Part shown: positions 31,000 through 40,421 of the stretch, one piece after another
Numbering within the stretch: position 1 is the stretch's first letter
How the letters are laid out: each line of letters starts with the position of its first letter
IMG/VR virus record: IMGVR_UViG_3300030109_002585
Strand: one strand, 5' to 3'
Length of the DNA stretch: 64,000 nucleotides
Origin: an uncultured virus (IMG/VR IMGVR_UViG_3300030109_002585)
Taxonomy: Duplodnaviria > Heunggongvirae > Uroviricota > Caudoviricetes
Notes under the pieces: model-generated
Databases searched by the model: none
Told to the model about the DNA's origin: nothing
The model's input: only the letters and a program-made list of their open reading frames with translations
Program-made: the position numbers and the translations under genes

Positions 31000-31914
31000 T
31001 TATATTAATTGTCCTACCATCCAAGATATTAGTACCTTTGGTGTCATGGTAGTGGAACGCCATTCGCTTTCTCCTATTGTTCTAAGCAGTTTAAACTTCA
31101 TCATGTTATCCAATCCTTCTGAATTTATTACTGCATTGTGAAGTCCTAAACAAATCTCCTTTACATTACGACCTTCATAAATTAAATTATGAAGTTGTTT
31201 TAAAGATTCATTTGGTTTTTTATCTAGTATTAGTATTAGTATTTTATTATATTCTTGTAGTGACGATTCTATTTGTTTAGTTAAAGAATAACCCGAAGAT
31301 TTAGCGGCTTGTATTTCCGTTATCGCCCTACGCATATCACCGTCCAAGGAATATATAAGCCGAGTCAAGTCTTCCTCACTGAAAACTTCGACCTTTTCAT
31401 TTTGGAGTATTTCTTTGATAACTTCAAAGACCACCTCATTAGCAAGAGGTTTGAAATGATAGTTAGCACACCTGCTTTGGAGCGGGTGAATAATCTTAGT
31501 CTTATCATTACAAGTGATAATAAATCGAATATTACTTGAATATCTTTCCATGATACGCTTTAGTGCATTCTGAGCATCAGTAGTCATACCATCCATTTCA
31601 TCCAATAAACAGATTCTAAATGGTACATCACCGATAGTGCCACTTTGAGCAACATTCTTGATTGTGGTTCTTACAACTTCAAGTCGTCTATCATCAGAAG
31701 CATTCACTTCAACAAAGTTATCCTTAGCACCTTCTCCAAGAATACTTCTTGCTAATGCTAAACCTGCACCTGTTTTACCTGTACCTGCATTACCGTAAAG
31801 CAATACATTAGGCATGTTTCTTTCTTCAACCCAAACCTCTGCATCTAATACAAAGTGTTCTTGTCCCTTAATATCTCTCAAAGTCTTTGGTCTATATTTT
31901 TCAGTCCATAGCAT
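31000..31914 (-). CDS. rfcS: Replication factor C small subunit (clamp loader)
   Basis: LWTEKYRP, GTGKT, EVNASD, LDEMD and LQSRC motifs. Confidence 0.95.
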   Translation of the reverse strand: MLWTEKYRPKTLRDIKGQEHFVLDAEVWVEERNMPNVLLYGNAGTGKTGAGLALARSILGEGAKDNFVEVNASDDRRLEVVRTTIKNVAQSGTIGDVPFRICLLDEMDGMTTDAQNALKRIMERYSSNIRFIITCNDKTKIIHPLQSRCANYHFKPLANEVVFEVIKEILQNEKVEVFSEEDLTRLIYSLDGDMRRAITEIQAAKSSGYSLTKQIESSLQEYNKILILILDKKPNESLKQLHNLIYEGRNVKEICLGLHNAVINSEGLDNMMKFKLLRTIGESEWRSTTMTPKVLISWMVGQLI

Positions 31915-32152
31915 TTTTATTCCTCCAAACTCTTAACTTCCTACCCCTCGGTAGTTTTCTTTCTGTAACCATAACAAACTTAGGATTACCTTGCAATAAA
32001 ACTACAACCTGTCGATAAGTAGGTACTAATCTTCTAGTCCTACCATTCACCTTTAGGTCAATTATTTTGTCATGTACTTCTCTGCTGGTTAATTCTTCTT
32101 CTCCTAATACTGTTATTATATTATTGATATATTTATCTGTTCTAGTTGCCAT
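31901..32152 (-). CDS. Small winged-helix-like protein
   Basis: LTSREVH...PTYRQV pattern. Confidence 0.45.
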   Translation of the reverse strand: MATRTDKYINNIITVLGEEELTSREVHDKIIDLKVNGRTRRLVPTYRQVVVLLQGNPKFVMVTERKLPRGRKLRVWRNKNAMD

Positions 32153-32999
32153 AGTATTCCTCCAATGTATTTATTTTTACCTTTACAGGTGAAGTTTTCT
32201 TTCTTCTTTTCTTCTCTCCCAATAAAAGAATCCTACAATCACCATTGTTGAATCTAGTCTTTGCATACCTAACAAAATCTTCGTCCTGTTTTAGTTGCAA
32301 AAATATTCTTTTATCTGCGTTTTTAATACCTATTCTTCTTAGAAGTTTAGGTATTTTTGAATATGTTCCTCTTTTCGGCATACTTACTCTTCCATGAATA
32401 TTACCGCTATGACAATACGAAAGCATTTCATAAAAGTAATTCTGAGGCCATCTTCTTTTGACTACCCCATCAATAAATAAAATCTTATTTGGGTGTATAT
32501 TTTCCACCAACCAAGATAATATTTGAGTGTCTGCTGGTTTGTTATGCTTCAATAAGTTTGAAACTAACTCTCTATCTGTTTCTTTTAGAAAGAAACTTAC
32601 TAAGGAAAAGGTATCTTTATCTAAGGAAAATGGTTCTTCGCTATGTGGTGCTAAGTCTTTAATAGACTCAAACAAATAGTTACTTGAACCTGCCCGTTTA
32701 ATTTGGCATTTACTTTTGATTTCTTTAGGCACATCTTTCTCATTTATAGATGTTAGCACTACTTCTCCCCTGTACCTTCTAATAACATTTAGAATAGAAT
32801 CCTTTATTGGTTTGTAATGAACTTCTTCGATAATGATTCCATCTTCTTTGGGATGAGAACCTAAATCCTGTATGTTCATTTCATTTGCATAAACAACTAA
32901 AGCGTTAGGAAGCATATTCCTAGCCTTTGTTGTTTTTCCTGTTCCTGTCTTTCCTGTTATTAGTATTGGTCTATTTTTATTTAAATTGGTCATACCCAT
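32142..32999 (-). CDS. AAA+ ATPase, divergent clamp-loader large-subunit-like
   Basis: GKTGTGKTT and IIEEVH; near rfcS. Confidence 0.55.
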   Translation of the reverse strand: MGMTNLNKNRPILITGKTGTGKTTKARNMLPNALVVYANEMNIQDLGSHPKEDGIIIEEVHYKPIKDSILNVIRRYRGEVVLTSINEKDVPKEIKSKCQIKRAGSSNYLFESIKDLAPHSEEPFSLDKDTFSLVSFFLKETDRELVSNLLKHNKPADTQILSWLVENIHPNKILFIDGVVKRRWPQNYFYEMLSYCHSGNIHGRVSMPKRGTYSKIPKLLRRIGIKNADKRIFLQLKQDEDFVRYAKTRFNNGDCRILLLGEKKRRKKTSPVKVKINTLEEYYGN

Positions 33000-33000
33000 T

Positions 33001-33405
33001 CTATATCAATCCCTTTAGATTAAAGAGACTATCTAATCCTTCAGTAGTTAGATGTTCTCCGTTTGAAACTATATTAACTGCCTCTCTAAATTGAGGCCAT
33101 GTATTTGTTCTATCAGCCAGCCCTAAATCAAGCATGTGGCTTAGTTTGTAAATGTTTTTTATGCCCCCTACTCTGAGTATTGGTTTAGGTCTTGCCTTTG
33201 ATTCTAATGTATGTAAAGAAGAATCTATTTCATGTTGATACAGACTTCTTCTTACATCTGATAAGAACCTATTTTCGCCTCTAAGATTTACTTTAAGTCT
33301 TACTCGATAACCTATACCTGCATTATCATCTCTGACAATTTGTATTTCAGGCTTGGCACTGCTTAACATTATACCTATTAATATGCCTTTACTATACATA
33401 TTCAT
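33001..33405 (-). CDS. LAGLIDADG-fold protein, probably catalytically degenerate
   Basis: GYRVRLKV strand and C-terminal GEHLTTEGL typical of single-motif LAGLIDADG proteins; the motif helix lacks the acidic residue. Confidence 0.55.
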   Translation of the reverse strand: MNMYSKGILIGIMLSSAKPEIQIVRDDNAGIGYRVRLKVNLRGENRFLSDVRRSLYQHEIDSSLHTLESKARPKPILRVGGIKNIYKLSHMLDLGLADRTNTWPQFREAVNIVSNGEHLTTEGLDSLFNLKGLI

Positions 33406-33748
33406 TCGCCTCCATTACTCCAATAAAGTCATTCTTCAGTCTAAGATAATCCAGACCTTCAGAGATAGTTGATACTATCAAGTCCTCTAAGTCTTTATTA
33501 TTACCACGGAACACTACATTTATTTGCGTTCCACGAAATTGATTTAGTGCATTCGCCAAGTCTTCGTCTATTATTTCTTCAATGAATAGCATTGTGCTAT
33601 TTTTAGATTTATGAATTAGTCTAATAGTTAGACCTTGTTGAATAAGAAATAAATCTCTTTCATCCACTGTTCCATAGACAATAAATGTATAAGAAGTTAC
33701 ACTACCGTAATCTCTTATCCATTCTTGAATATGACTGTCTTGAAGCAT
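33392..33748 (-). CDS. Hypothetical protein
   Basis: 118-aa ORF in the operon. Confidence 0.55.
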   Translation of the reverse strand: MLQDSHIQEWIRDYGSVTSYTFIVYGTVDERDLFLIQQGLTIRLIHKSKNSTMLFIEEIIDEDLANALNQFRGTQINVVFRGNNKDLEDLIVSTISEGLDYLRLKNDFIGVMEANEYV

Positions 33749-33752
33749 TTCA

Positions 33753-34199
33753 TCACTGTTTCCTTATGTATTCTTCCTGTGAAGGCCAATGCCCATTGGG
33801 TTCTTGGTTAGCACTCAATTCCCACCAATATATATGTTTAGCAGAAATGCGCTTATGATTTAATTCTTTAGCATTATTTTCTGCCCAACAAACCATATCG
33901 GTTACTGCTCCTTCTATCCACTCATGTAGTAAGGCACTAAAAGTTCTGCTAATCGGCATATCAGTAGCATTCCTAACTAACTGATTAACGCTTATCCTAG
34001 AATTATTTTTCTTTAGTACAGGCTTCTCCGGCACAATAAAAGTACCATCTTCAGCGAAGTAGGGTACTAACTCATGAGCCACTTTCTTATATCTGCCATT
34101 GTCATTAGTCACATCTTTCAGATAAGCATATCCATCTTCAATCTTCATACAATTATATGTATTAAAATCAATAACAGTTAGTTGCCCTTTCTCTATCAT
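33753..34199 (-). CDS. Protein with a C-terminal histone-fold-like domain
   Basis: ISVNQLVR...PISR...AENNAKELNHKRISAKHI. Confidence 0.5.
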   Translation of the reverse strand: MIEKGQLTVIDFNTYNCMKIEDGYAYLKDVTNDNGRYKKVAHELVPYFAEDGTFIVPEKPVLKKNNSRISVNQLVRNATDMPISRTFSALLHEWIEGAVTDMVCWAENNAKELNHKRISAKHIYWWELSANQEPNGHWPSQEEYIRKQ

Positions 34200-34633
34200 T
34201 CAGTCACTTCCTTTTGGCTTTGTCTCAAAATGTTCAGAATCAATTCGGGGTCGGCCCCGTTCTCTAGTTGCATAATGGTTAAATTAATAACTTGCTGTTG
34301 TCGAAGGGCAAAATCAAACTTTTTATTATACTCCTTCAATGCCTTGAACTGATTTATCATATTAGAATCCAACTTCACACCTGCTTCACTCATAATCTTC
34401 CTTTTAAGGTGCAGGGCAGTTGCTTCTTCATCTTTAGGAAACTGTTCATTATCAAAACTCCAAAGATGTCTCCATAATTTTTGTAAAGAAAACATGTGTT
34501 GTTTAAGTCGTGTCTTGTGATACTTAATCGTCTTTTCTGTTTTCCTTTTTCCCATGTCTTCAATCTTACAAATAAATCCCTTTTTATCCACTACATGTTC
34601 TTGCGAATGGTATGTATTATTAAACTCCCTCAT
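34196..34633 (-). CDS. Hypothetical protein
   Basis: 145-aa ORF. Confidence 0.5.
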   Translation of the reverse strand: MREFNNTYHSQEHVVDKKGFICKIEDMGKRKTEKTIKYHKTRLKQHMFSLQKLWRHLWSFDNEQFPKDEEATALHLKRKIMSEAGVKLDSNMINQFKALKEYNKKFDFALRQQQVINLTIMQLENGADPELILNILRQSQKEVTE

Positions 34634-36168
34634 ATTATCATCTCTATCATATCATCTAAAGTATTAATATCCGCAACAAACTTATCGTCACGAATACGGA
34701 CAAGTCTAGGAAATCTTAATCCATAGTTGCCCTCTGCATCTTGTGTAATTAAATCAGCAGTTACTTCTAAAACTACTCTTGGCAAGAAGTGATAGACCCC
34801 ATCACTGTGACTATCCACTTGTCTCCTTAAATCGTTAGTTAGTTTAACTAATTGACTATCAGTGAATCCACTACCAATGGAACCGATATTAACATAACCA
34901 TCACTTTCGGTTCTAATTCCCATTCCAAAAGTACCGAATACATTTGCTCTTTTACCTTCACCATACTTAGCAGTTAAAATAACTACATCTAAGTTAATGC
35001 GTGGAGGTTTGTATTTAGCCCAACCTACGCTTCTTTTACCTGCTTCATATGGCATAGAAGCATCCTTTACGATTATTCCTTCAAAACCGTCATTAATTGC
35101 TCGGCTGTAAAAGGCGAGAGCATCAACGCATTCATCCGGCATTCTATGTGCTTGATTAGGTAATCCTTTGAATTTGTCAAGTCTCTCTCTATAAGATAAT
35201 TCCATAATAGTCTCGCCATTAAACTTTAGACAATCAAAAATTACCCATTCAACAGGAACCTTTTCAATTGCTTCTGCATGGTTTTTAGAGTGAACCCTTG
35301 TACCCATCTTCTTGTGTTCTGCTGGCGTACCATCTTCATTAATAGGATATATTTCACCATCTAGTATAGCATTAGGTACATCATATTCTCTAACAATATC
35401 CGCTACATCAGAAAACTGTGGAGTAACTACATTACCCTTACGATTAAAGATAATTACATTGTCTCCATCTTTATGAATCTGATAACGATTACCGTCATAT
35501 TTGTAGTCCACTATTTTATCAAGAGGCCATTTATTCATAGGCTGGTCTTTTGCTAACATAGGTGCTACAAAAGAACCATGTTCAAGATTCATTGGTGGCT
35601 CTGTATTAGATTCATAATACCGTGCAACATTGGAAATAGAATTAAAGTTACAATGCCTTTTGACATCAGATAACTTCTTGCCATAATGTTTAGCAAGAAC
35701 CTTCTGAACCAAACGAGAACCGATACCATTTCTAGGAGTCCTTAACCAATATCTGATAAACCACTTACATTCTAAAGCAGACATATTAACAATAGCCTGT
35801 CTAATTGTAGGATATGAGTTACCGTCTATTGAACCACACTTCATAGAAAGAAGGTGTAAGACAATAGGTACGGGAGTTTCTTCTGCCGTTTCTGCTGATA
35901 TATCCAATTGATAAATAGCCTCTCCTAAATCATCATGTGCTTTGTATTCATCTTCTATTTCATCGTCATGGACATTATATATTTTAGCCATCCATTTCTT
36001 AGCCCTTGAAAGTCCTATATCATTACTAGGATATTCTTGTGCTAAGATAGAAAATAATGCTGGTTTATTGTGAAATCCCGCCACTGCCTGTGTAATCAAG
36101 GTCACTTGTTGTGTTGGGGCTTTTTGGTCTGTGCTTTCTAGAAGCCTCGCTAATCTGTTCATTGTCAT
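34630..36168 (-). CDS. lig: ATP-dependent DNA ligase
   Basis: KYDGNR, LDGE, EGIIVK and LRFPR motifs. Confidence 0.95.
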   Translation of the reverse strand: MTMNRLARLLESTDQKAPTQQVTLITQAVAGFHNKPALFSILAQEYPSNDIGLSRAKKWMAKIYNVHDDEIEDEYKAHDDLGEAIYQLDISAETAEETPVPIVLHLLSMKCGSIDGNSYPTIRQAIVNMSALECKWFIRYWLRTPRNGIGSRLVQKVLAKHYGKKLSDVKRHCNFNSISNVARYYESNTEPPMNLEHGSFVAPMLAKDQPMNKWPLDKIVDYKYDGNRYQIHKDGDNVIIFNRKGNVVTPQFSDVADIVREYDVPNAILDGEIYPINEDGTPAEHKKMGTRVHSKNHAEAIEKVPVEWVIFDCLKFNGETIMELSYRERLDKFKGLPNQAHRMPDECVDALAFYSRAINDGFEGIIVKDASMPYEAGKRSVGWAKYKPPRINLDVVILTAKYGEGKRANVFGTFGMGIRTESDGYVNIGSIGSGFTDSQLVKLTNDLRRQVDSHSDGVYHFLPRVVLEVTADLITQDAEGNYGLRFPRLVRIRDDKFVADINTLDDMIEMII

Positions 36169-36278
36169 TTATAATCATCTCTTTATTTATTTCTTTAATT
36201 AATTGTTTAAGAAGGTCACTAATTCGACCTTCGTGTTTTTCGGAATATTCCCACATGGCACTAGCCAAGTAAATCCAA

Positions 36279-36647
36279 TCATTCTTCTTCATCGGGAACA
36301 ACCCCTTGGTCTATACTATTCATTAACCTTACAAAGTTAATCATCATAGTTTGAACAAGTGCTGATTCTTCTTCTTTACCTTGTTCCATCAAACGATGTA
36401 GCATATGAATCATAGAGGCTTGTGATACAGCCGGAGCCAACCTTGCCAAATTATCAGAATGATACATTTCCCAATACATCATAAATGATGCTCTTGGTAA
36501 GAACATTCCATTTCTCACTACTGCATAATTGTCCTCAAAGTGAGCCAATGCCGCAGGGTTTTTCTTAATCTTCTTCTTTGTGGCTTTAGCCCAATCGACA
36601 AATCTTTTATCATTCGTTATATCTAAAAACATCTTATTCAAATTCAT
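36279..36647 (-). CDS. Hypothetical protein
   Basis: 122-aa ORF. Confidence 0.55.
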   Translation of the reverse strand: MNLNKMFLDITNDKRFVDWAKATKKKIKKNPAALAHFEDNYAVVRNGMFLPRASFMMYWEMYHSDNLARLAPAVSQASMIHMLHRLMEQGKEEESALVQTMMINFVRLMNSIDQGVVPDEEE

Positions 36648-36910
36648 TCTTCTTCACCTTCCTTAAATGCCATAGCCTTCAATAATGTTCCTTGAAATCT
36701 ATGCCAACACATATCAATATGTTTCTTTGTTACTCTTGCGCCTCTTCCGTGACCAGCAGGTACTTCCATATTCATATCAATAAATGCTGACCATAAATCA
36801 ATTAATTCTGAAGCGTATTTTCTATGTCTGCCTAATGCACCCATTTCAAATTGCCTGTATTTATTTGCTCTCCTAACGCTTGCCTTTGTTTGTACTTCAC
36901 TAATTCTCAT
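36644..36910 (-). CDS. Small basic protein, possible histone fold
   Basis: RISEVQTKASVR...GARVTKKHI. Confidence 0.4.
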   Translation of the reverse strand: MRISEVQTKASVRRANKYRQFEMGALGRHRKYASELIDLWSAFIDMNMEVPAGHGRGARVTKKHIDMCWHRFQGTLLKAMAFKEGEEE

Positions 36911-37101
36911 TCTAATTCTCTCCTTAATATACTTAACAATAATTTGGCTTCTTCTGTATTTAGACGAATGCCCTTTGTTGGCTTTCCATTCTTATGCCAA
37001 CGAATATCGACTACTTCAATATTCCAATAATTTCCACGCTTAACTAATACTTCATCATTAGCGTTTCGTACTATTCTTCCTTTAATTTCAAAATCACTCA
37101 C
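36907..37101 (-). CDS. PC4/p15-like ssDNA-binding protein
   Basis: VDIRWH..GKPTKGIRL motif. Confidence 0.75.
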   Translation of the reverse strand: MSDFEIKGRIVRNANDEVLVKRGNYWNIEVVDIRWHKNGKPTKGIRLNTEEAKLLLSILRRELE

Positions 37102-37498
37102 TGAACCACCCCTGTTTAAATTTGTCTAATTCCTTTCTTGAGGTAAAGTATCTTGGTGTATCTAATTCATCTAGACGATTAACTACCCAACATGCACCGC
37201 CTAGTGATGATACTTGCACTATTTCATATTGGCCTTTGTTAATTTCTATTACTTCAATAGTATTAACTTCAGGCACTAAACCATATGTCTTAGTAATCTC
37301 GTTAGCAACCTCATGTATATTTTCAACAACATACTTGATGATATGCGCTCTTTGAATAGGTATCTTGGGCGCAACTTGAATAGATAACTTACCTGTCATT
37401 TTACAGACAATACATTTGTTTCCTTCACATATGGGACACTTTACTTCTGCCGCATGTGGCGCAGGTAAAGTAACTGTTACTGCCCTTTTCTTAGACAT
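37094..37498 (-). CDS. Zn-finger-containing hypothetical protein
   Basis: CPICEGNKCIVCKMTG, a DnaJ-type CxxCxG pattern; next to groEL. Confidence 0.5.
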   Translation of the reverse strand: MSKKRAVTVTLPAPHAAEVKCPICEGNKCIVCKMTGKLSIQVAPKIPIQRAHIIKYVVENIHEVANEITKTYGLVPEVNTIEVIEINKGQYEIVQVSSLGGACWVVNRLDELDTPRYFTSRKELDKFKQGWFSE

Positions 37499-37499
37499 A

Positions 37500-39038
37500 T
37501 TATTCCTCCAACAATACTGCTACTTCAGTTGATAAGAATAGATTAGCAATAGACATAGCCGCAAGGAAACTATTCTTAGTTACCTTTACAGGGTCAATGA
37601 TTCCTGAATCATACATATTCTCAATTTTACCCGTTAAAGCATTTAGTGAATAATCTTTCCCTACTGTGTAGTTTACTTCTATATCATGAACATAGTCAGC
37701 ATACTTCAAGCCGCTATTATCAAATATACAGGATATTGGCGCACTTAGAGAATCATAAACTAGAGCATGACCTGTCATTGATATATCTAATTCCTGTCTA
37801 GCGATGATAAATGCTTTACCTCCACCAATAACAATACCTTCATCTAAAGCCGCTTTAGTTGCGTTTAACGCATCATCAAGTCTTTCTTTAGTTTCACGCA
37901 TTTCCATTTGTGAAGATGCCCCTATTTGTATAGTAGCAACACCACCGTTAAGTCTAGCAATTCTTCCCTTATATCTCATCTTGTCATATTTATCTTCAGC
38001 AGATTCATATAACTCTTTGAGGCTAAGTATCTTACTTTTCAAATTATCAGCATCTCCATCTCCACCTACAATGATAGTATTATCTTTACCAACCACTATT
38101 TTATCAGCAGTGCCTAATTCATCCATAGTCGCCATAGCAGGGTCGTCTTTACTTTCTTCGTTGAATAGTTTACCACCACAAATAGCAGTGATGTCACTTA
38201 ACTCATCTAATTGAGCATCACCAAAGTTAGGAGCCTTTACTACAACCACTTCAATAGTTTTCTGTAAGACATTCATGATTACATTACTTAGTGCAGTGCC
38301 TTCCATTCCCCTACAAATAATAACTAGAGGTCTTTTGTTTCTAGCGCACATTTCTAACAAAGGAAGTATGTCTTGGAAATGTCTTATAATAAGATTAGAA
38401 GTAAAGATTACAGGATTGTCAAAAGTAGTTTTACCATCTTCTCCGTTACTCATCATGTGACTCAAATAGCCTTCATCAAACTCTAGCCCATCTCTAACTA
38501 TCAGGTTAGTGTTGTGGGATTTAGATTCTTCAACAGTAATCACTCCATCTCTTCCAACCTTATTAATAGCCTCTTGAATTAGTAGCCCCAAGTTAGAATC
38601 ATTGTTAGCCGCAATTGTGGCTACATTTAGAATGTCATCGTCAAGAATAGGTTGAGCCTGTTCAACAAGAGAGGCTAGAATTATCTCTTCTGCTTCTTTG
38701 AACTCATTTTGCAAGTTACGCATATTGTAAAACTCTTGTTCCTTGATGCCTTTAACTAATGCTTGAGCAATAATACAAGCAGTAGTAGTACCATCACCTG
38801 AATTATCTTGTGCTTTACTTGCTAAGTTTTGAACCATCTGAACACCCATTTGAACATACGGGTCTTTACTTGAAATATACTTAGTAATGGTTACTCCGTC
38901 ATTAATCACAACAGGTGGATTGCCTTGCAAAATTACTGTTTTTGCTTGTGGTCCCAATGTTGGTTTTACGGTATTTGCTACCAAATCAACTCCTTCTTGT
39001 AATTTCTGTTTAACTTCTTTTCCATTAATTATCATCAT
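37500..39038 (-). CDS. groEL: Group I chaperonin GroEL
   Basis: TLGP, NDGVTI, GDGTTT, KAPNFGD and IIDPVKV motifs. Confidence 0.95.
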   Translation of the reverse strand: MMIINGKEVKQKLQEGVDLVANTVKPTLGPQAKTVILQGNPPVVINDGVTITKYISSKDPYVQMGVQMVQNLASKAQDNSGDGTTTACIIAQALVKGIKEQEFYNMRNLQNEFKEAEEIILASLVEQAQPILDDDILNVATIAANNDSNLGLLIQEAINKVGRDGVITVEESKSHNTNLIVRDGLEFDEGYLSHMMSNGEDGKTTFDNPVIFTSNLIIRHFQDILPLLEMCARNKRPLVIICRGMEGTALSNVIMNVLQKTIEVVVVKAPNFGDAQLDELSDITAICGGKLFNEESKDDPAMATMDELGTADKIVVGKDNTIIVGGDGDADNLKSKILSLKELYESAEDKYDKMRYKGRIARLNGGVATIQIGASSQMEMRETKERLDDALNATKAALDEGIVIGGGKAFIIARQELDISMTGHALVYDSLSAPISCIFDNSGLKYADYVHDIEVNYTVGKDYSLNALTGKIENMYDSGIIDPVKVTKNSFLAAMSIANLFLSTEVAVLLEE

Positions 39039-39250
39039 TCCACCGCCATTATCTGTTCATAAGGAATATACATTACATTGTTCTCTGTTGTATATTCTAG
39101 TTTATCATTGAAAACTACAATCTTATCTCTAAGCGTTGTGTCACATTGACAATCAAACACCCTTCCTCTGTTAGAGGCTTTTGTTAAGATACCGCTATCA
39201 GTTTTCTTTTCTTCTATTAATACTACAACCCAATTTCCTACTGCTTTCAT
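39035..39250 (-). CDS. groES: Co-chaperonin GroES
   Basis: KAVGNWVVV...KKTDSGIL...QIMAVE; adjacent to groEL. Confidence 0.8.
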   Translation of the reverse strand: MKAVGNWVVVLIEEKKTDSGILTKASNRGRVFDCQCDTTLRDKIVVFNDKLEYTTENNVMYIPYEQIMAVE

Positions 39251-39519
39251 TCTTCTTCACCTAAACTAAATTTATTCATTCTTGCTACTTGGCAACAAAG
39301 TCTAATCTTTTGAGTTGATTCTAAATTCCAAAACTCATCATCCTTCCAGCCAAGTTTAACTTCAATATACCTACATAATTCTCTTCTAGTCATATTCTGA
39401 AAATCATCATCAATAGGTACTCCTAGTATCTCTCTAGTATCGTGGGTTAGAAACTTATCTAAGAATACATACACTCTTCCCATTAAACCAATTAATCTTC
39501 TAACAGTCCATTGTATCAT
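39247..39519 (-). CDS. Hypothetical protein
   Basis: 90-aa ORF. Confidence 0.5.
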   Translation of the reverse strand: MIQWTVRRLIGLMGRVYVFLDKFLTHDTREILGVPIDDDFQNMTRRELCRYIEVKLGWKDDEFWNLESTQKIRLCCQVARMNKFSLGEEE

Positions 39520-39606
39520 TCTTCTTCGCCTCCATCAATTCTTGCCATGCTTTCGCTAATTCATTTTCAAGTCGCCAAATCTTCGCCCGTATTACTTCAA
39601 TGTCAG

Positions 39607-39891
39607 TCATTCTTCTTCACCGCCAATTTTAATCCATCCCATATTTAGGTCTGCATCAATAAAAGTATGAACATGAGTTTCATAAAACTCATCTAGAATA
39701 TCATCCTTATATCCTCTCTTTCCCCAATAAACACCTTTAGTTCTTTTTTGGTTGTTATCATTAGGATGCCTTCTCTTATGGTTAGCCTGTCTTTCTTTAA
39801 GAGTTATCTTGCCTTGAGGCGTTCTAACTTCAACGATAGAAACCTCTCCATATTTGTTTCTTACTTCTTTAAATGTAGTATTATATTTCAT
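39607..39891 (-). CDS. Hypothetical protein
   Basis: 94-aa ORF. Confidence 0.5.
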   Translation of the reverse strand: MKYNTTFKEVRNKYGEVSIVEVRTPQGKITLKERQANHKRRHPNDNNQKRTKGVYWGKRGYKDDILDEFYETHVHTFIDADLNMGWIKIGGEEE

Positions 39892-40421
39892 TCTTCTTCA
39901 CTCCAACCTTCACCGCATTTTTCATTTTCATCATATCCATAAGTGCCTTCTCCCCATCTTTGTACTCTTTCAAATCCATAATCACGGAAAATCATTAATT
40001 GTTTTGGCTTGGTATTTTCCCAAGAACCATAATGTCCTCTTCCGCCTAATACATAGGCAGTTTTCATAAGTGGTTCCCAAATAGATACTGTCCTAATATC
40101 AGTCCCACTGAAATAAGCAGAACCGAATGGATGCGTATGAATCCAACACTTAATCGGAAGTTTCATTCCAACAGGGTCAATCTTAAAATCAACATAGCCT
40201 GATGTTCCCGAAGAAACATGTAAGGCATCATTAGCATCAATTACTACTTGTACTTCTAATCCTTTAAGAATCTTAGTTGAAGCAAACCAAATAGCATCAT
40301 GAAAGTTTGTTGCTGATACATCACCATCATAGGATTCTTTAATAGTTTCCTCGACTAATGTGTTATTCCATTGTGTAATTTCTCCTACTGCCATATCCCA
40401 ATTAAATTCCATCTTCATCAC
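39888..40421 (-). CDS. JAB/MPN+ metalloprotease (deubiquitinase-like)
   Basis: WIHTHPFGSAYFSGTD matches HxH-x7-S-x2-D; upstream Glu in LEVQV. Confidence 0.85.
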   Translation of the reverse strand: MMKMEFNWDMAVGEITQWNNTLVEETIKESYDGDVSATNFHDAIWFASTKILKGLEVQVVIDANDALHVSSGTSGYVDFKIDPVGMKLPIKCWIHTHPFGSAYFSGTDIRTVSIWEPLMKTAYVLGGRGHYGSWENTKPKQLMIFRDYGFERVQRWGEGTYGYDENEKCGEGWSEEE

